A stretch of DNA of 32,000 bases, from positions 4,110,001 through 4,142,000 of the forward strand of contig NZ_LN831039.1 of assembly GCF_001457595.1 (NCBI RefSeq). Direction: 5' to 3'. How positions within the stretch are numbered: the first letter of the stretch is position 1; each line of letters opens with the position of its first letter. The notes under the pieces are model-generated. The model searched no databases and was not told where the DNA came from. It saw only the letters and a list, made by a program, of their open reading frames with translations. Position numbers and translations under genes: made by a program. The stretch comes from Mycolicibacterium smegmatis (GTDB lineage Bacteria; Actinomycetota; Actinomycetes; Mycobacteriales; Mycobacteriaceae). Shown here piece by piece: positions 9,582 to 20,631 of this stretch.

Positions 9582-11641
9582 TGCTGCTCCTGGTGGATGT
9601 GGATTCGGATGTTGCCCCACTCGTCGACGACGGCCGTGGTCGACGGCGGGATGACGGTGGTCGAGTCGAGCTGGTCGATGATGGCGGGCCCTTCGATCGA
9701 ATTTCCGGCGACGAGCTCGTCGCGGTCGAACACCGGCGTCGCCACGCGCCCACCAGCTTCCTCGAAGTAGACCTGGCGCACGCCCAGTGGCGACGGCACC
9801 GGTGTGTCCGACGGATCCTGCTGAGGGAAACGGGGTTTCGGTGTCTCACCGATGGCACGGACGCCGATCTGGTAGATCTCGACCTCGACATCGTCACGAC
9901 GGAACGAATAGTCACGCTCATGCTCTTCGTGGAAGAGTTCGACAGCCCTGTCGAGGAAACCGTCCCGGTCGTCGGCGGCGACGGTGAGCGACCGCCACTG
10001 CCCCGCGTAACGCATGCTGATGGAGCGGTCGATCCGCATGCTGTCCTCCTCGACGCCCTCATGCCGTAGCCGCGCGAGGCCCTCCTTTTCCAGCTGTGCG
10101 AACTCGGATTCGAGTTCGGCCGGGTCCACTTGAGAGGCGATGCGCTGGAACATCGCCGACAGGTCGTGGCGGATGTCGACGAGCAGACATCCTTGCGCCG
10201 AGGTGATTCCGGGATGCGGTGGCACCACGACAGTGGGAATCGACAGCTCCTTGGCCAAGGCGGCACCGTGCAGCGCCCCGGCCCCGCCGCAGACCACCAG
10301 AACGAAGTCGCGCGGGTCGTATCCACGGCGGATCGACAGCAAGCGCACCGCATCGGCCATGTTGGCGTTGGCGACCTGGATGATGTTCGACGCGGCGGTG
10401 TCGACGTCGAGGTCGAGGCGCTCGGCGATGCCGGTTCGCACGGCCTGGCGGGCGGCATCGGCGTCGAGCGTGAGTTCGCCACCGATCAGGGACTCACCGA
10501 GCCTGCCGAGCACCAGATTGGCGTCGGTGTTGGTCGGCTCGGTACCACCGAGCCGGTAACACGCGGGACCTGGTGTGGCACCGGCAGACTGGGGCCCGTT
10601 TCGTAGCGAGCCGGCCTCATCGATCCACGCCAGTGAACCTCCGCCCGCGCCGATGGTGAGAACCTCGATGCTGGGGAAGCAGATCGGGAACCCGTACTCG
10701 ACCTGCCACCGTTTGGTGGTGCGGATCTCGCCGTCGTAGACCAGCGAGATGTCCGTGCTCGTCCCACCCATGTCGAGACCGATCGCGTTGGGGTATCCAC
10801 AGCGGGCAGCGATGTCGGCCACCGCGATGGCACCTGCGGCGATGCCCGACGCTGCCAGCCGCACCGGGTACCGGTCGACCATCGCGGGCGTCATCGAGCC
10901 GCCTCCGGAGTGCAACAACAGCAGGTCGCCGTCGTAGCCGTCGTCGCGCAGGGATCCCTCGAGGCGGTTGACGTACCCGCTCACCAGGGGTGCGAGCACC
11001 GCGTTGGCCACGGTGGTCGACGCCCGGTCGTACTCGAAGATCTCCGGCAGGATCTCGCTGGACGTCGAGACCGTGACGTCCGGGATCTCCTCGATCAGGA
11101 TGTCGCGCATCCGCCGCTCGTGGACGTCGTTGACGTAGGAGTTCATGAAGCAGACGGCCACGGTCCGAACGCCTTTGCGTCGCAGGATGCGCGCGACATC
11201 GCGCGCCTTGTCCTCATCGAGCGCGGTGACGATCGACCCGACGTAGTCGATGCGTTCGGGAACTTCGTACCGGTTGCGACGCTGGATGTACGGCGGGCCG
11301 ACGTCGACGTAGGCATCCCAGAGTTCATCCTTCGTACCGTCGCGGATCTCCAGGATGTCGCGGAACCCTTCGCTGCACACCATCGCGGCGGCGGGGAACC
11401 GGCGGGTGATCAACGCGTTGGTCGCGACGGTCGTGCCGTGCGAGAACAGCGCCACCGATGAGAGGTCGACGCCCGCGGACCGCACCCCGGCGACGACCGC
11501 CTGCATGGGGTCGTGCGGGGTCGACGGCACCTTGGCGACGCGGGTGCTCTGGTCGCGCTCGTCGAAGATGCACACGTCGGTGAACGTTCCACCTACGTCG
11601 ACAGCCACCCGGAGGGTTTTCGTGGCTGTGTCCAGCTTCAT
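9578..11641 (-). CDS. hyuA: Hydantoinase A/oxoprolinase family protein (HyuA)
   Basis: MKLDTATKTLRVAVDVGGTFTDVCIFD..., HGTTVATNALITRR, IGLDMGGTSTDISLV; ATG 11641 preceded by AAAGGAGG. Confidence 0.94.
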   Translation of the reverse strand: MKLDTATKTLRVAVDVGGTFTDVCIFDERDQSTRVAKVPSTPHDPMQAVVAGVRSAGVDLSSVALFSHGTTVATNALITRRFPAAAMVCSEGFRDILEIRDGTKDELWDAYVDVGPPYIQRRNRYEVPERIDYVGSIVTALDEDKARDVARILRRKGVRTVAVCFMNSYVNDVHERRMRDILIEEIPDVTVSTSSEILPEIFEYDRASTTVANAVLAPLVSGYVNRLEGSLRDDGYDGDLLLLHSGGGSMTPAMVDRYPVRLAASGIAAGAIAVADIAARCGYPNAIGLDMGGTSTDISLVYDGEIRTTKRWQVEYGFPICFPSIEVLTIGAGGGSLAWIDEAGSLRNGPQSAGATPGPACYRLGGTEPTNTDANLVLGRLGESLIGGELTLDADAARQAVRTGIAERLDLDVDTAASNIIQVANANMADAVRLLSIRRGYDPRDFVLVVCGGAGALHGAALAKELSIPTVVVPPHPGITSAQGCLLVDIRHDLSAMFQRIASQVDPAELESEFAQLEKEGLARLRHEGVEEDSMRIDRSISMRYAGQWRSLTVAADDRDGFLDRAVELFHEEHERDYSFRRDDVEVEIYQIGVRAIGETPKPRFPQQDPSDTPVPSPLGVRQVYFEEAGGRVATPVFDRDELVAGNSIEGPAIIDQLDSTTVIPPSTTAVVDEWGNIRIHIHQEQQ

Positions 11642-11771
11642 TGCAAAGCCTCCTTTGGTCGAGTGTGGTCCAGTATTGAGCTGCATGAATCGGTCGCCAA
11701 TTGGAGAATGTGACTGTGGGCTACGCTGATATTGGAGTTTTTGACAGACGAAGGATCGGGCCGTCACAAAC

Positions 11772-13364
11772 GTGTTAAAGGACGATTTCCGGCTGATTGA
11801 CCTGCTGCTCGACCAGTCACTCGGCCTCGCTCTCGTGAGCGACTGCGACCCCCACGTGCCCGTGACAGGCGCCCACACCATCGAGATCGCCCATCCGTCG
11901 GACTGGCTACAACCGGGAACGGTGATGCTCACGACGGGGCTGCTGTACGGCGAGCCGGACAAGCGCGGCAAGTCGGCCCGGGCGTTCCGCGCTCTGGTGC
12001 GCGAGTTGGTCTCGGCCGGTGTCGCCGCGCTCGGCTACGGCCTCGGCGTGGTCACCGACGACGTGCCGCGCGCACTGGTCGACGAGGCGAACCGCCAGCA
12101 CTTCGCAGTGTTCACCGTCCCACGTGAGGTCTCCTTCATGACGGTGATCGATCGGGTCGTCGAACAGACCCATTCGGGAGAGCCGCACTCCCTGCGGCGC
12201 GTCTTGCAGATGCAGGACCATCTGCTCGACGCGCTCGGGGCCACCGAGCCGGAGCAGGAGCTGATCTCCCGGCTGTCGGCGATACTGCGGTGCAGCGTGC
12301 TGCTCTACAACGAACTCGGTGATGTCGTCGCCTCCTCCGGCAAGGCGCCTTCGCATCTGATGCGTTCCCAATTACGCGGCCGCAGCGGGCATCTGCGCTT
12401 CAGCGTGGGGAAATGGTCGGTGACCGCCGACTCGATCGAGCCAGGCGGTGAGCCGCACTGGCTCGTGGTCGCCTCGACCCGTCATGAGATTCCCGACGCG
12501 CTGGCCCGGTCGACCCTTGAGGTCGCGGTTCGGCTTCTCAACGCGATCGAACGGTCGCGTTACCGCGCTGCGGTGCAGAACCGTGCCAGACAAGCCGCAT
12601 TCGTGCGGGAGCTGGTCGCCGGCGAGATCGTCGACCAGTTCGGCGCCGAAGGACATCTCGAGTCGTTGCGGTTCGGGCATCGGCCCCGATTGCGGGTGTT
12701 CGCGATGTCTCCGACCGCCGATTACGACGCCGGCCGCTGGGCGACCCGTGCTCCGACGGTGCTGGACGCACTGGAACAGGATGCGCTGGACCTCGCAAGG
12801 TTGATGCGCCTGCCCGTGATGTTCGCACAGTTGGACGACCAGCTGATCGGCGTGCTCGCGGCAGATGTGCCCGCGGTCAACGGCTGGATCACGAACCAAC
12901 CCGAAGGCACCGTGTGCGGTCTCTCCGAGCCCTTCCAAGATGTGCGCACCGGCCCCGAGCGCTTCCGTAATGCGCAGCGCGCCATGAGGGCCGCGCAAAC
13001 GCGGAATCTCCGGCACACCAAGTTCGAAGATGTCGGCATCGCGGACTGGCTCCTGACCGGCCATCACCGGGAAGCCACCGTGGCCAAGGCCACCGATCAA
13101 CTGGCCGTACTCGGTCGGCACAGTGGCTACCTGGAGTTCGTTCGCACGTTCTTCGCCAATGACCTCGACGTCGCGGCAACCGCGAAAGCACTCAATGTGC
13201 ACCCGAACACCGTGCGGCACAAAGTCAAGCGTGTCGAGGCGATGTTCGGTGAATCGTTGCGCTCACCCGCGTTGATCACCGCCATCCACCTGAGCCTGGA
13301 AGTTCTCGCTCTCGATCGGTCCGCCGGGGATGGGTCGGGCGGCGGGCCCGCAAGGCCTCACTGA
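11772..13364 (+). CDS. PucR-family (PucR N-terminal + C-terminal HTH_30) transcriptional regulator
   Basis: 530 aa; N-terminal ...LTTGLLYGE..., C-terminal FVRTFFANDLDVAATAKALNVHPNTVRHKVKRVEAMFG. Confidence 0.9.
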   Translation: MLKDDFRLIDLLLDQSLGLALVSDCDPHVPVTGAHTIEIAHPSDWLQPGTVMLTTGLLYGEPDKRGKSARAFRALVRELVSAGVAALGYGLGVVTDDVPRALVDEANRQHFAVFTVPREVSFMTVIDRVVEQTHSGEPHSLRRVLQMQDHLLDALGATEPEQELISRLSAILRCSVLLYNELGDVVASSGKAPSHLMRSQLRGRSGHLRFSVGKWSVTADSIEPGGEPHWLVVASTRHEIPDALARSTLEVAVRLLNAIERSRYRAAVQNRARQAAFVRELVAGEIVDQFGAEGHLESLRFGHRPRLRVFAMSPTADYDAGRWATRAPTVLDALEQDALDLARLMRLPVMFAQLDDQLIGVLAADVPAVNGWITNQPEGTVCGLSEPFQDVRTGPERFRNAQRAMRAAQTRNLRHTKFEDVGIADWLLTGHHREATVAKATDQLAVLGRHSGYLEFVRTFFANDLDVAATAKALNVHPNTVRHKVKRVEAMFGESLRSPALITAIHLSLEVLALDRSAGDGSGGGPARPH

Positions 13365-13538
13365 CGACCACCAGCGCTCAACCGCGGCGGCGGTCGAGTC
13401 CGGCCCGGTGTTGAAGCACATCACCGACTGCGCCGAGTTCGCGCGTACGGTGTACACCAAGGCTTCGAACAGCTCGGTCAATGCCGGCTCCAAGCGGACG
13501 CCCGCATCGATGACGATTGCGTCGTAATGCCTGCGCAT
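13263..13538 (-). CDS. Small hypothetical protein, MRRHYDAIVIDAGVRLEPALTELFEALVYTVRANSAQSVMCFNTGPDSTAAAVERWW..., possibly with altered 3' end
   Basis: Compositionally protein-like internal segment of the 13263-13775 minus ORF; the last ~100 nt run antisense to the PucR gene, so the true C-terminus is doubtful. Confidence 0.35.
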   Translation of the reverse strand: MRRHYDAIVIDAGVRLEPALTELFEALVYTVRANSAQSVMCFNTGPDSTAAAVERWWSSVRPCGPAARPIPGGPIESENFQAQVDGGDQRG

Positions 13539-13704
13539 CAGCGTCTTCCGCAAGGTCGATTCGGCGTCCGCACGACCGGTGACGCCTGGGTCTTCGACAT
13601 GAGCGTTCGAACGTGCTGTGTCACAACAGGTTACGCCCCATCGAGCGAGAACCGTCCAGCAAATCTCGTGCCGGAACGCCGGAGGGGTGGTCAGAGATCT
13701 CCGG

Positions 13705-14355
13705 TCACTTGCCGAGCAGTTGGTGGTTGAACGTGTCGAGCAACCAGGCGCGATAACGCCGTTGGCTCCAGCCACGTACCTCGACGAGTGCGTAGTGCAT
13801 GCCCGGATCGTTGTAGAGCCACACCAGGTCGCGGGCGGCGGCGAGGGTGAGTCCCTTTTTGAGGCCGCCCTTCTTTTTGAGCAGTGCGGCGACCGTATCT
13901 GCCCCTTCGAGGCGTTGACCGTCGATCTCGGTCCAGAGTTGGTGTACCTCGGGGTCCAGTCCCGCCGCCGACCGCACCACCTCGTATATGCGCGACACGC
14001 GCTGTGCGGCGTCGCCGAGTATCTCGACGTACGCTTCGACGATCTGCGTGGGATCCGTCATCTCGAACAATCTCCGCACCTGCGGGCGCTGCACCATCGG
14101 CACCTGTTCGTCGTCGCCGACGACCGCCCTGTCGTAGGCGGTCTTCAACAGCCACGGCTTGCTGCCCGCGGCGCAGAACACCGTCGAGCGGCCGACGCCC
14201 GCGGTCTGGGCGATCAAATCGATCGAGGTCGCGGCGTATCCGCGTTCGACGAACAACTCGGTCGCGGTGTCGAGGACAAGCTGCCGGGTCGCCTCCGCCT
14301 GCTGGGCGCGCAACTCGGACCGATAGGGGTGTTTCCTGCTCGCCTCGGACTTCAT
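13705..14355 (-). CDS. TetR-family transcriptional regulator
   Basis: ATRQLVLDTATELFVERGYAATSIDLIAQTAGVGRSTVFCAAGSKPWLLKTAYD: TetR HTH; start chosen at ATG 14355 with upstream GAGGGG (track start 14421 is longer). Confidence 0.88.
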   Translation of the reverse strand: MKSEASRKHPYRSELRAQQAEATRQLVLDTATELFVERGYAATSIDLIAQTAGVGRSTVFCAAGSKPWLLKTAYDRAVVGDDEQVPMVQRPQVRRLFEMTDPTQIVEAYVEILGDAAQRVSRIYEVVRSAAGLDPEVHQLWTEIDGQRLEGADTVAALLKKKGGLKKGLTLAAARDLVWLYNDPGMHYALVEVRGWSQRRYRAWLLDTFNHQLLGK

Positions 14356-14560
14356 CGGACCCCTCATACATCGAAATGAACCACCATTATCCCCGGTCGC
14401 GGTCAAGACGCGGGTGAACACCGCGAGTGCGGCCGCCGCCAGATCTCGTCGAACACCGTTTGAGGGGAATTAATGGGCCTGAGAGCGTATTGAATGGACT
14501 GTAAGTCCAACGAATGTTCTGCCAGGATCCGCTCGAACATCAGGAAGGCCCTTGACGATG

Positions 14561-16638
<2,078 letters not shown>

Positions 16639-16651
16639 CATCACTGTCCCT

Positions 16652-17431
16652 CTACCGAGCGACCGGGACTGTTGCGCCGTCGCGCATCAGCCCCTGTATC
16701 AACCCGCAGGTCCACAGAGGCTGATCGAGCGGTACCAGGTGTGCTGCCCCGGGGATCACCGCAAGCTGCCCGGCGCCCGTGGCGTCGACCAAAGCCTGTC
16801 CGCCGGTGTGGAAATCCGGGATGTCGTGTTCACCGACCGCGACCGTCACGCGTCCGGTGAGGTGCCCCAGCTCGACCGGCGTCGGGTCCGACGCCCGCGG
16901 CGGCTCGCCGCGTGTCTTCCGCGACAGCAGGTTCCCACGCAACATTTCGGCGACATGCGCGCGGGTTTCCGGCGGCGCCTGCGATGTGAGCCACGCGTCG
17001 ACCCCGGCTTGCACGGCACCGTCGAGGTCGTCCGCGTCGAGGGCGTCCCGTTCGCGCTGCCATGCCCGGTTCAATTCGACAGAAGGAGGTTGATCGTGGC
17101 GCCGGTACCCGATCGACAGCAGCCCGTCGACGCGAGCCGGCGCGGCCACCGCTGTCTGCAGTCCGACGAGCGCGCCGAGCGAACTACCCACCATCGTGAA
17201 GCGGTCTACGTCCAGGGCGTCGAGCGTCGCAAGGACATCGTCTGCGGGCGTCGTGTCGTGTCCCTCTGGAAGTACCGCCTCACCGTAGCCGGGGAGATCC
17301 AAAGCGATCGCCCGGTGGCCGGCGGCTGCCAGGAGCGGCAGATGTTCTCGCCACATCCTGCGGTCAGTTGGCCTGGCGTGTAACAGGACAACCGTTGGGC
17401 CGGTGCCTGATTCGTCATGGGGCAGTAGCAT
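16652..17431 (-). CDS. Alpha/beta-fold hydrolase
   Basis: VVLLHARPTDRRMWREHLPLLAAAGHRAIALDLPGYG, nucleophile elbow MVGSSLGALVGL, C-terminal His in IPGAAHLVPLDQP. Confidence 0.9.
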   Translation of the reverse strand: MLLPHDESGTGPTVVLLHARPTDRRMWREHLPLLAAAGHRAIALDLPGYGEAVLPEGHDTTPADDVLATLDALDVDRFTMVGSSLGALVGLQTAVAAPARVDGLLSIGYRRHDQPPSVELNRAWQRERDALDADDLDGAVQAGVDAWLTSQAPPETRAHVAEMLRGNLLSRKTRGEPPRASDPTPVELGHLTGRVTVAVGEHDIPDFHTGGQALVDATGAGQLAVIPGAAHLVPLDQPLWTCGLIQGLMRDGATVPVAR

Positions 17432-17481
17432 CGCGATTCCCAGTTCCCTTCACGGTCACCACGCTAACTGGGCCGATCGCG
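17432..17481 (-). promoter_or_regulatory. Two-part hairpin directly abutting the hydrolase start codon in the mRNA 5' leader
   Basis: mRNA sense: CGCGAU CGG CCCAGUU (20-nt loop) AACUGGG A AUCGCG then AUG; 6+7 perfect pairs. Confidence 0.55.
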
Positions 17482-17585
17482 ACCTTGGGGGGTGTGTCGC
17501 TCCCTGTCAATCCTTGCCTTGTCCCGAGAACCGCTGAGGACGCGTGGTTGGGTCCGCCGCTGTGGCATCGCTGCTTCGAAGAGGG

Positions 17586-18230
17586 TCAGGCTGGTACTTT
17601 CACTGACGCGTAGGCGAACTCGGTCAGATAATCGATCAGCGACCGGGCCGCGGCGATAGCTCGCTCCTGGTCTTGCTCCCCGATCGCGGTGAGCAGCTCG
17701 CCGTGGCGGTCGATGGCGATGGCAACATCGTCGGGATCACTCCGAAGGTGCGCGAACCAGAATCGTCGCGACAGCCCCTGCAACGGTGCCATTGCATTCT
17801 CCAGGAACTGATTCTGCGTCGACTTTGCCACCAATTCGTGACCAGCACGAAGAACCCGTTCCAGTTCGTGCAGGTCCCGTTCTGTGAAATTCTTGAACTC
17901 GCTCGCCCGCTGCAGCGCTGCCGCCTGCTGCTCGGGCCGTGCCCGGGTTGCGGCGAGTGTGGCCGCCAACTCTTCGAGAGGACGCCGGGTTTCCAACAGC
18001 TTGAACTGGGCTTCGACCGAAATGGGCGGCACCAAGATCCCCCGCCGTGGCACGACCTGTACGAGGTTGTCACGCGAGAGCCGCTGAAGCGCTTCACGCA
18101 GAGGTGTGCGCCCGAATCCTGACTTCTCCATCAGTTCGGCCTCCGACACCATCACACCGGCCTGGATGTCCTGAAAGATGATCATTCGCTCCAAGACGTC
18201 GTAGGCCTGTGTCGATTTGTTGGGCGCCAT
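17586..18230 (-). CDS. GntR-family transcriptional regulator (FCD-type C-terminal domain)
   Basis: QAYDVLERMIIFQDIQAGVMVSEAELMEKSGFGRTPLREALQRLSRDNLVQVVPRRGILVPPIS; ATG at 18230 preferred over track start 18299. Confidence 0.9.
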   Translation of the reverse strand: MAPNKSTQAYDVLERMIIFQDIQAGVMVSEAELMEKSGFGRTPLREALQRLSRDNLVQVVPRRGILVPPISVEAQFKLLETRRPLEELAATLAATRARPEQQAAALQRASEFKNFTERDLHELERVLRAGHELVAKSTQNQFLENAMAPLQGLSRRFWFAHLRSDPDDVAIAIDRHGELLTAIGEQDQERAIAAARSLIDYLTEFAYASVKVPA

Positions 18231-18272
18231 CGTCCTCCCGTGCAGTGGCCGAACGTTCGTCCGGCGGTTCTC

Positions 18273-18294
18273 ATATATAACTGGTGTATCACCA
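18273..18294. promoter_or_regulatory. Candidate GntR operator upstream of the gntR-like gene
   Basis: ATATATAACTGGTGTATCACCA containing the perfect palindrome TGGTG-TAT-CACCA (18282-18294). Confidence 0.5.
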
Positions 18295-18295
18295 A

Positions 18296-19477
18296 TCATC
18301 CCACAACTCGCGCACGCCGGAGAGTTGCGATCTGTCCATCGTCGAAACCCAGTTCCTGCAGGATCTCGGTGCCGTGCTGTCCGGGGAGCGGAACATTGTG
18401 TCTGGTGCGGGGAGCCGCACCAGACAAGTGCACGGGGTGTCCGATGACCGCGCGTTCACCTTGGTGCGGGACCTCGACGGTGACGCGCCGATCGTTGACT
18501 TTCACCTGCTCCTCTGCGAGTGCCTGTTCCAGGGTCAGAAGCGGCGCACACAGGAGGTCCACCGAGTCGAAGCGTTGGACAGCCGTCGCGGTGGTGAGCT
18601 CCTTGACACGCGGCGCCAGGTACTCGTGTGCGCGGTCCCGGTTGGCCGCCTGCTTGGCAGGCGTATCGAAGTCTTCGTCCTGCGACAGGTCTGCGACGTC
18701 GAGCGCCTTACACGCGAGACCGATGGCGTTTTCTCGGAAGAATCCGAGCACGGTGACGTAACCGTCGGCCGTCTCGAAGACACCGCTCCACCACTGTTGT
18801 ACCCAGTTCAGCTCACGGCCGTACATCAGCAGCGATGCGGCTTCCAGCATCTGTTGCGCGATCGCGGTGTCGAGCAGGTTGACGCTGACATGCTGGCCTC
18901 GGCCCGTGCGACCGCGCTCAATCAGGGCAGCGAGGATCCCTTGGGCGAGACTCATACCGGAAGCAAAGTCCGTGGTGGCGACAGGGTTGAACTCGGCCAG
19001 TGCGGAGGGGTCGGCCACGGCACGCGCCATGCCGCTGAAAGATTGGGCCAGCATGTCCTGACCGGCCTTGTGTGTCAGCGGACCGGTCTCACCCCAGCCG
19101 GACGCCGAAGCATAGATCAACCGCGGGTATCGCGCGGCGAGATCGTCGTACGACAGATTCATCCGGCGGACCGCGGCAGGTCGGTAGCTGTGGATCAAGA
19201 CATCGGCACGATCGAGTAACCGGTGGAGAATAGCTTGCCCTTCAGGGTGTTTCAGGTCGATCTGAATACTGCGCTTGTTGCGATTGACCGCGACGAAGTA
19301 CGACGACATCTCGCCCGCAGCCACGGCGTCACGATCGAGACCGCGCATGATATCGCCGCAGCTTCGTTCGATCTTGATCACGTCGGCTCCGTAATCGCCG
19401 AGAACCTGGGCCGCCAGGGGACCTTGCATCACCTCGGTCATATCGATGACAAGCGTGCTCTCGAGAGGTCCGCTCAT
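18296..19477 (-). CDS. CaiB/BaiF (family III) CoA-transferase
   Basis: LVIDMTEVMQGPLAAQVLGDYGADVIKIE..., NRNKRSIQIDLKHPEG, QHVSVNLLDTAIAQ. Confidence 0.93.
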   Translation of the reverse strand: MSGPLESTLVIDMTEVMQGPLAAQVLGDYGADVIKIERSCGDIMRGLDRDAVAAGEMSSYFVAVNRNKRSIQIDLKHPEGQAILHRLLDRADVLIHSYRPAAVRRMNLSYDDLAARYPRLIYASASGWGETGPLTHKAGQDMLAQSFSGMARAVADPSALAEFNPVATTDFASGMSLAQGILAALIERGRTGRGQHVSVNLLDTAIAQQMLEAASLLMYGRELNWVQQWWSGVFETADGYVTVLGFFRENAIGLACKALDVADLSQDEDFDTPAKQAANRDRAHEYLAPRVKELTTATAVQRFDSVDLLCAPLLTLEQALAEEQVKVNDRRVTVEVPHQGERAVIGHPVHLSGAAPRTRHNVPLPGQHGTEILQELGFDDGQIATLRRARVVG

Positions 19478-20607
19478 GACAGCGCCTCCCCTTTGTACAG
19501 TCCCTTCGAGATCACCAGACGCTGGATCTGATTACTCCCCTCATAGATCTGAGTCACCTTCGCGTCTCGCATCATTCGCTCCACGGGGTACTCGCGCGTG
19601 AACCCGTAACCGCCGAGGAGTTGAACAGCGTCTGTCGTTACCGCCATGGCGTTGTCACTACACAGCACTTTTGCCATGGAAACCAGCGAACGAGCGCGAG
19701 GATCTTTGTTCTCGATGGCGTCGACGGCCTTGTAGAGCAGGGCACTTGCGGACTCGACGCGGATCGCTGCGTCGGCGACCATGGCGCGCACCATCTGAAA
19801 TGTCGACAGCGCTGATCCGAACTGGCGGCGCTCGGCGGTGTATTCGATCGCCGTGCGAAGCGCGCCCTTTGCCAAACCGAGTGCCTGCGCCGCGATCAGA
19901 GCCCGACTTCCGTTCAACTCGTCGATGATGTATTTGTAGCCTTGGGTGGGATCCCCGACGACTCGTTCGCCGGGGATCCGGCAGTCTTCGAGAATGACAT
20001 CAGCCGTGGGGCTTCCGCGAAGTCCCATCTTCTTCTCGGGTGGCCCGAAGCTGAGGCCGGCGTCGCTCTTGTGGACCATGAATACGCCGAACTCGTTCTC
20101 CTCACCGGAACGGGCCAGCACCGCGAACCATTCGCCCCAGTCCGCGTTGCTGATGAAGCGCTTCTGGCCGTTGAGAACCCAATCGGACCCGTCACGTTGC
20201 GCCTTGGTGCGAATACCAGAGAGATCCGATCCGCCGGTGGGTTCGGTCAAGCACCATCCCGCTCCCACAGCACCGGTGGAGACATCGGGCACCACCAACT
20301 TCTTGAGCTCGTCGGATCCCTGATGAATGACGGTGCAGGTGCCGGCCCAATTGACCAGCAAGACCATCGCAGTCGAGGCACATGCGGCTGAGAGCTCTTC
20401 CACCGCGATCGCCTGGGCGGCGAGATCACCGTCACTGCCACCCAATTCAGTGGGGTGAGCAAGTCCGGGCAGGTCGGCGGCGCAGAGCGCCTGCCACGCC
20501 TCTTCTGGGAACCGTTCCTGCTCGTCGACGTCACGCGCGTACGGTGCCACCTGGGTGGACGCCAGGTCTTGCATCATCGCCCGGAAATCCAGCAATTCTG
20601 TGTTCAT
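19474..20607 (-). CDS. Acyl-CoA dehydrogenase
   Basis: WCLTEPTGGSDLSGIRTKAQRDGSDWVLNGQKRFISN; RQFGSALSTFQMVR; QLLGGYGFTREYPVERMMRDAKVTQIYEGSNQIQRLVI; ATGA overlap with downstream CoA-transferase. Confidence 0.96.
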   Translation of the reverse strand: MNTELLDFRAMMQDLASTQVAPYARDVDEQERFPEEAWQALCAADLPGLAHPTELGGSDGDLAAQAIAVEELSAACASTAMVLLVNWAGTCTVIHQGSDELKKLVVPDVSTGAVGAGWCLTEPTGGSDLSGIRTKAQRDGSDWVLNGQKRFISNADWGEWFAVLARSGEENEFGVFMVHKSDAGLSFGPPEKKMGLRGSPTADVILEDCRIPGERVVGDPTQGYKYIIDELNGSRALIAAQALGLAKGALRTAIEYTAERRQFGSALSTFQMVRAMVADAAIRVESASALLYKAVDAIENKDPRARSLVSMAKVLCSDNAMAVTTDAVQLLGGYGFTREYPVERMMRDAKVTQIYEGSNQIQRLVISKGLYKGEALS

Positions 20608-20631
20608 GGTTGCCCTTCGCTTGTCATACGG

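Noticed and set aside
7620-9770. 716-aa plus-strand ORF antisense to hyuB
   Set aside because: Shadow ORF; the minus frame has clear hydantoinase B motifs and a good RBS.
10140-11461. Several plus-strand ORFs antisense to hyuA
   Set aside because: Low-complexity shadow frames opposite a well-supported CDS.
12372-13220. 282-aa minus-strand ORF antisense to pucR
   Set aside because: Composition typical of an antisense shadow frame; pucR has a clear C-terminal HTH.
18284-19219. 311-aa plus-strand ORF antisense to the CoA-transferase
   Set aside because: No recognisable domain and lies opposite strongly conserved family III CoA-transferase sequence.
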